Below, one piece after another: positions 60,543 to 64,000 of a stretch of DNA of 64,000 bases. Origin of the DNA: Laetmonice hystrix (taxonomy: Eukaryota). How positions within the stretch are numbered: the first letter of the stretch is position 1; the number at the start of each line of letters is the position of its first letter. The DNA lies in the NCBI GenBank assembly GCA_965235115.1, contig OZ249445.1:19158001-19222000 (forward strand), written 5' to 3'. Below the pieces are notes generated by a model that searched no databases, was not told the origin of the DNA, and was given only the letters and a program-made list of their open reading frames with translations. Position numbers and translations under genes: made by a program.

Positions 60543-63500
60543 GAATTAATTCATTATCGCTGCTAGAAATTACTTGCGGATTCATACGCAAAAATTCTTA
60601 TTCACTTTGACAATACATTTTCTTTTCGTTACCTGCTTGTGCATGGTACATCATAGGCATAGCCTATAGGTATACATATATAGGCCTAACAGTAGGAGTG
60701 AGAACTGTAAGTTTCCTTTTCAGTTGTCGAACATTCAGTTAAAGAAATTTCTGTTAATCTCCTACCCTGCTAACACTACACTGTTTATGTTAATCCTTAT
60801 ATTTAGCGTAAATAAAGCTTTACATATGGTGTGCCAATTCCGTAAGCTGGCATTTGTTGAAATTTCGGCATTTTTTAACGCGCTTTCGGACTGAACTCAT
60901 GCCCCTCGCCTTCAAATTTAAACAATGAGGTATATGGTGTTCCATGCCAAATTCCTCTTTTAGAAGTGAGCTTGAAAAAGAAAAAGTTATAGAAAGTATA
61001 ATTACTTAAAGAATGTGTGACATACCATTTCCTTCTGGATTCATCCTTTCTTTGAAGAAGGCAACAAGGCCTGAGAGTCCAACTCGCGGAGCCTATGAGA
61101 AAAACAAATCTTCCCTCAGTTTTATACAGAAACTCCAATAATTACAGAATGTCTTACTACAATAAGTGATGAGATGATATTATAACAAATTGTTAAAGTA
61201 CCTTACCTTCATGTCATCCATTTTAAGATATTCCTACGAGTATAGTTATCACAGAGAAGCTGATATTTTGCCTACTCCATTAGAAAATGGCAAAATAACT
61301 ACACTTCATGTGAAATATCCGTGAAACAGGCAACGCTTATCCCACTCTATACCGTACAACAGTCGCGCCAAAATGGGCATCATGTAAGGGTATTATTGCA
61401 GACTATAGAGCATATCACATTTGACATCATAACAGACTCCGTGTCAACCCTGCTTACCTTCGATTACCAATTCCTCATCGTCTGACAGACCGGCTTTTGT
61501 AAACGTCACGTCACGGCAGACGACCAACGTGTGATCACCAACGACAATGAGTCAGCTCGGATGCTCCCAACCACGGTATCATATAATGGTGGCAGGCCCC
61601 AGTAATTTGATTTCGATACGTTTCAACTGCGATGGTTGTTAGTAATTGTTTTTCGTGGGCCACCAGGGTAAACAACTGCTGAATGATTGCATCTTCTCTA
61701 GGGGAATTCATGTCAACAGGGCGGCTGACCAACAGGGGGAATAATGGGTGTGGGCTCACTGGCGGTTGCAGGCAGCGCATGACGCTCAGCTGATGGTCGG
61801 GTTACCTTCGTTACAATGATATTAGAGAAAAATTGTAACGAACTTGAGGATAAATTGAGAAAAGGTTTATTTAATACAGGTGAAACTGATAGTTCTTTTA
61901 CATAAAAGTCACATGCCACTTTAGGATAATAATTTTACAGACATTTCATTTGTCCTGTTCAACAATAATTATCAACCAATTTGCTGTTTTTGATTGCTGA
62001 CCTCTCATGACTTCGAGCTCAATTTTTGGCCGAATCAGACGAATGTACATAAAGCATGTTTTTTAGAACAATCCAGAAAAAAAACTACCAATCGCAAGCT
62101 ACCATCATTATAACCCGTACACGCGAGCCATTGAGCCATGCAAGAAGGGATCATTGAAACGAACGTTAACGATATGGGTGTCCATGTCGTCAGTCATCTA
62201 CATATGTAGACTCGTGTCCAACATCTAATCAGACGTAAAATGTGATATTGAATGTCGGAGCCTTTTACTGAATGAGAACCCCGCGGGAGATTGGAATGAT
62301 TAATTGGGACTGCAACATGTATAAATGTGTTTACATTCATGTCTACATAAAAGTGCATGCATCGAAATAATCGGGAAAACTTTAGAGATTTAGTATGTTA
62401 TCTTTAGTGATAAGGCGATGTATAAAGAGGCAGGGCCATAGAATCAAAAGACATTTAAGTAGAGGAGACAGGGGAGGATGGGGTGGGGTGGATGGGGTGG
62501 CGTGGGGTGGGGGTTCACCGATGCCATTCATACATTTGGTGCCAACTCGGTAATAGATAAGTCATAATAAAAAGTCAGACGTTAATGTGTCAAAATAAAA
62601 GATCACATATGACACGCTGTTTTATTGTCGGAATATATAACAATGGTTATCTCTCTACGTATTGAAGGATTTGCACATCACTGTCTCAGATGACGTCACA
62701 GGAAAGCATTCAGTTTAAGCTAAGTTGACCTGTCCCCATGTACTATAAATCCATGATACGCAAATTTGTGTCTCAAAAATAGAAAACACGCAACAATTAC
62801 CGTTCATTTAACAGTTGGTCCAATATCAATTAAAATGTAAACTCAAACCGTGCGTCCGTATACATCAAAAACAGTACAAGTAACTATTAATTCAATGTAC
62901 ATACTAATGCCCTTACTCGTGGGAGCGACCCTTACAACAAAACATTGAATAGTCCACCTGGAATTAGCACTGCATGTGAGTGAACATAACTAACGTTACA
63001 ATAAATGTTAAAAAAAACCAATGGTATGAATGAATCAAAATATCACAGTTGTATAAAAGGTCATTTAAAATCAAATCAGCTTAAAAAGAGTTTGGGTGGG
63101 GGGGGGGGGGAAGAGTAATGCAAAATATTTCCCCCTGGAAATTTTCTTTTAGGGGGGGGGGAGTAGCTGAATAATGGGGGGAGTCTCCCCCCCCCCCCCA
63201 AAAAAAAAGGGCCTGCAGGAAACTCTGCTTGAGCCACAATGATGTCGTCGAAGGCCATGAACAACTTTATTGCGAATCACAAAGTATGTTCTGCATACCT
63301 TTAATTAGGAAAAAGGGACCAACTTTGATAACTGTTCTTTTGTCGAAGGATGTAAGAATTGCCTGAGGTTTTCCTATTCTGATGAGTTTTTATAGTCTAC
63401 TGACTCCAGGCACCAGTCGTTAAATATTCCTTATTACAAGATTCCATAAATCATCGTACAATTCGGATATAGCAAGGAGAAGCGATGATTTCTCCGGGGA

Positions 63501-64000
63501 ACAGTGGGCTTTCCACGTCACAATTCACATGATGTGTACATGACGTTCATTGCCTTGGTCAAGCCTTCCCTCCAAGACAAAGTACCCCCATCACAACCGA
63601 CAAGCAATAGTCTTCTAAACCTTTTAAAGCTACATATAATTACAAAAATAGAGATTAGGCGACTGCCTTCTTACAACCCTAGCTAAAAGCAGTATTATAT
63701 AACTACCTCAGAACGTGGTTCTGAGTAACATCTGTGATGTACATGTATAAGTAAAGATACTTTGTATGTATGTTGTGTGTATATATACAATGAATAATGT
63801 TGACCTTGTTACCTATACTGTTGTAAATCATAGAAATACAGTTGTAGGTTAAAATAAATAGTGATATGTCTACATTAATTACATCTATATAGGCATAGGC
63901 ATCACTGGTCGTGAAAAATGTCTGCTTACATCATTTACATTGAACAATGCACAACCACCCCAATCAGATAGAAATTACTTCCTACTGATACCAGGGTTCT

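Noticed and set aside
61458-61780. Candidate upstream DEG/ENaC exon ending GAAG|GTAAGC and an 81-aa ORF
   Set aside because: The donor phase fits, but the frame has an upstream stop and no clear ATG; the ORF is in another frame. The channel 5' end remains uncertain.
63076-63500. AFDDIIV-containing ORF and nearby exon-like segments
   Set aside because: Interrupted by stops, runs into a poly-G MITE, and gives no consistent splice model.

Overview
Eukaryotic (animal) genomic DNA, intron-rich and littered with MITEs and minisatellites, with one assembly gap (35658-35820). It is probably a marine invertebrate, most likely lophotrochozoan; this is an inference from gene content and SINE type. Four spliced protein-coding loci were reconstructed by hand with phase-consistent splice sites. 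(1) An NR1-type nuclear receptor (+, 4038-19176) has a single DBD/hinge/LBD-N-half followed by THREE intact, diverged, phase-compatible copies of the last two LBD exons. (2) An SLC16/MCT-family MFS transporter (+, 25140-30597, 719 aa). (3) A cytosolic sulfotransferase (+, 33868-40372, 312 aa). (4) A giant 33-exon DEG/ENaC (ASIC-related) channel subunit (-, 41520-60542, ~2090 aa). Its finger domain carries a ~1060-aa insert of PAN-MAM-kringle-LDLa-MAM-Thr-rich-PAN-MAM-MAM-LDLa modules, and its knuckle carries a ~490-aa helical insert. The strongest candidates for undescribed biology are the adhesion-module-loaded ion channel and the nuclear receptor with swappable ligand-pocket halves. All gene models are manual predictions without transcript evidence.
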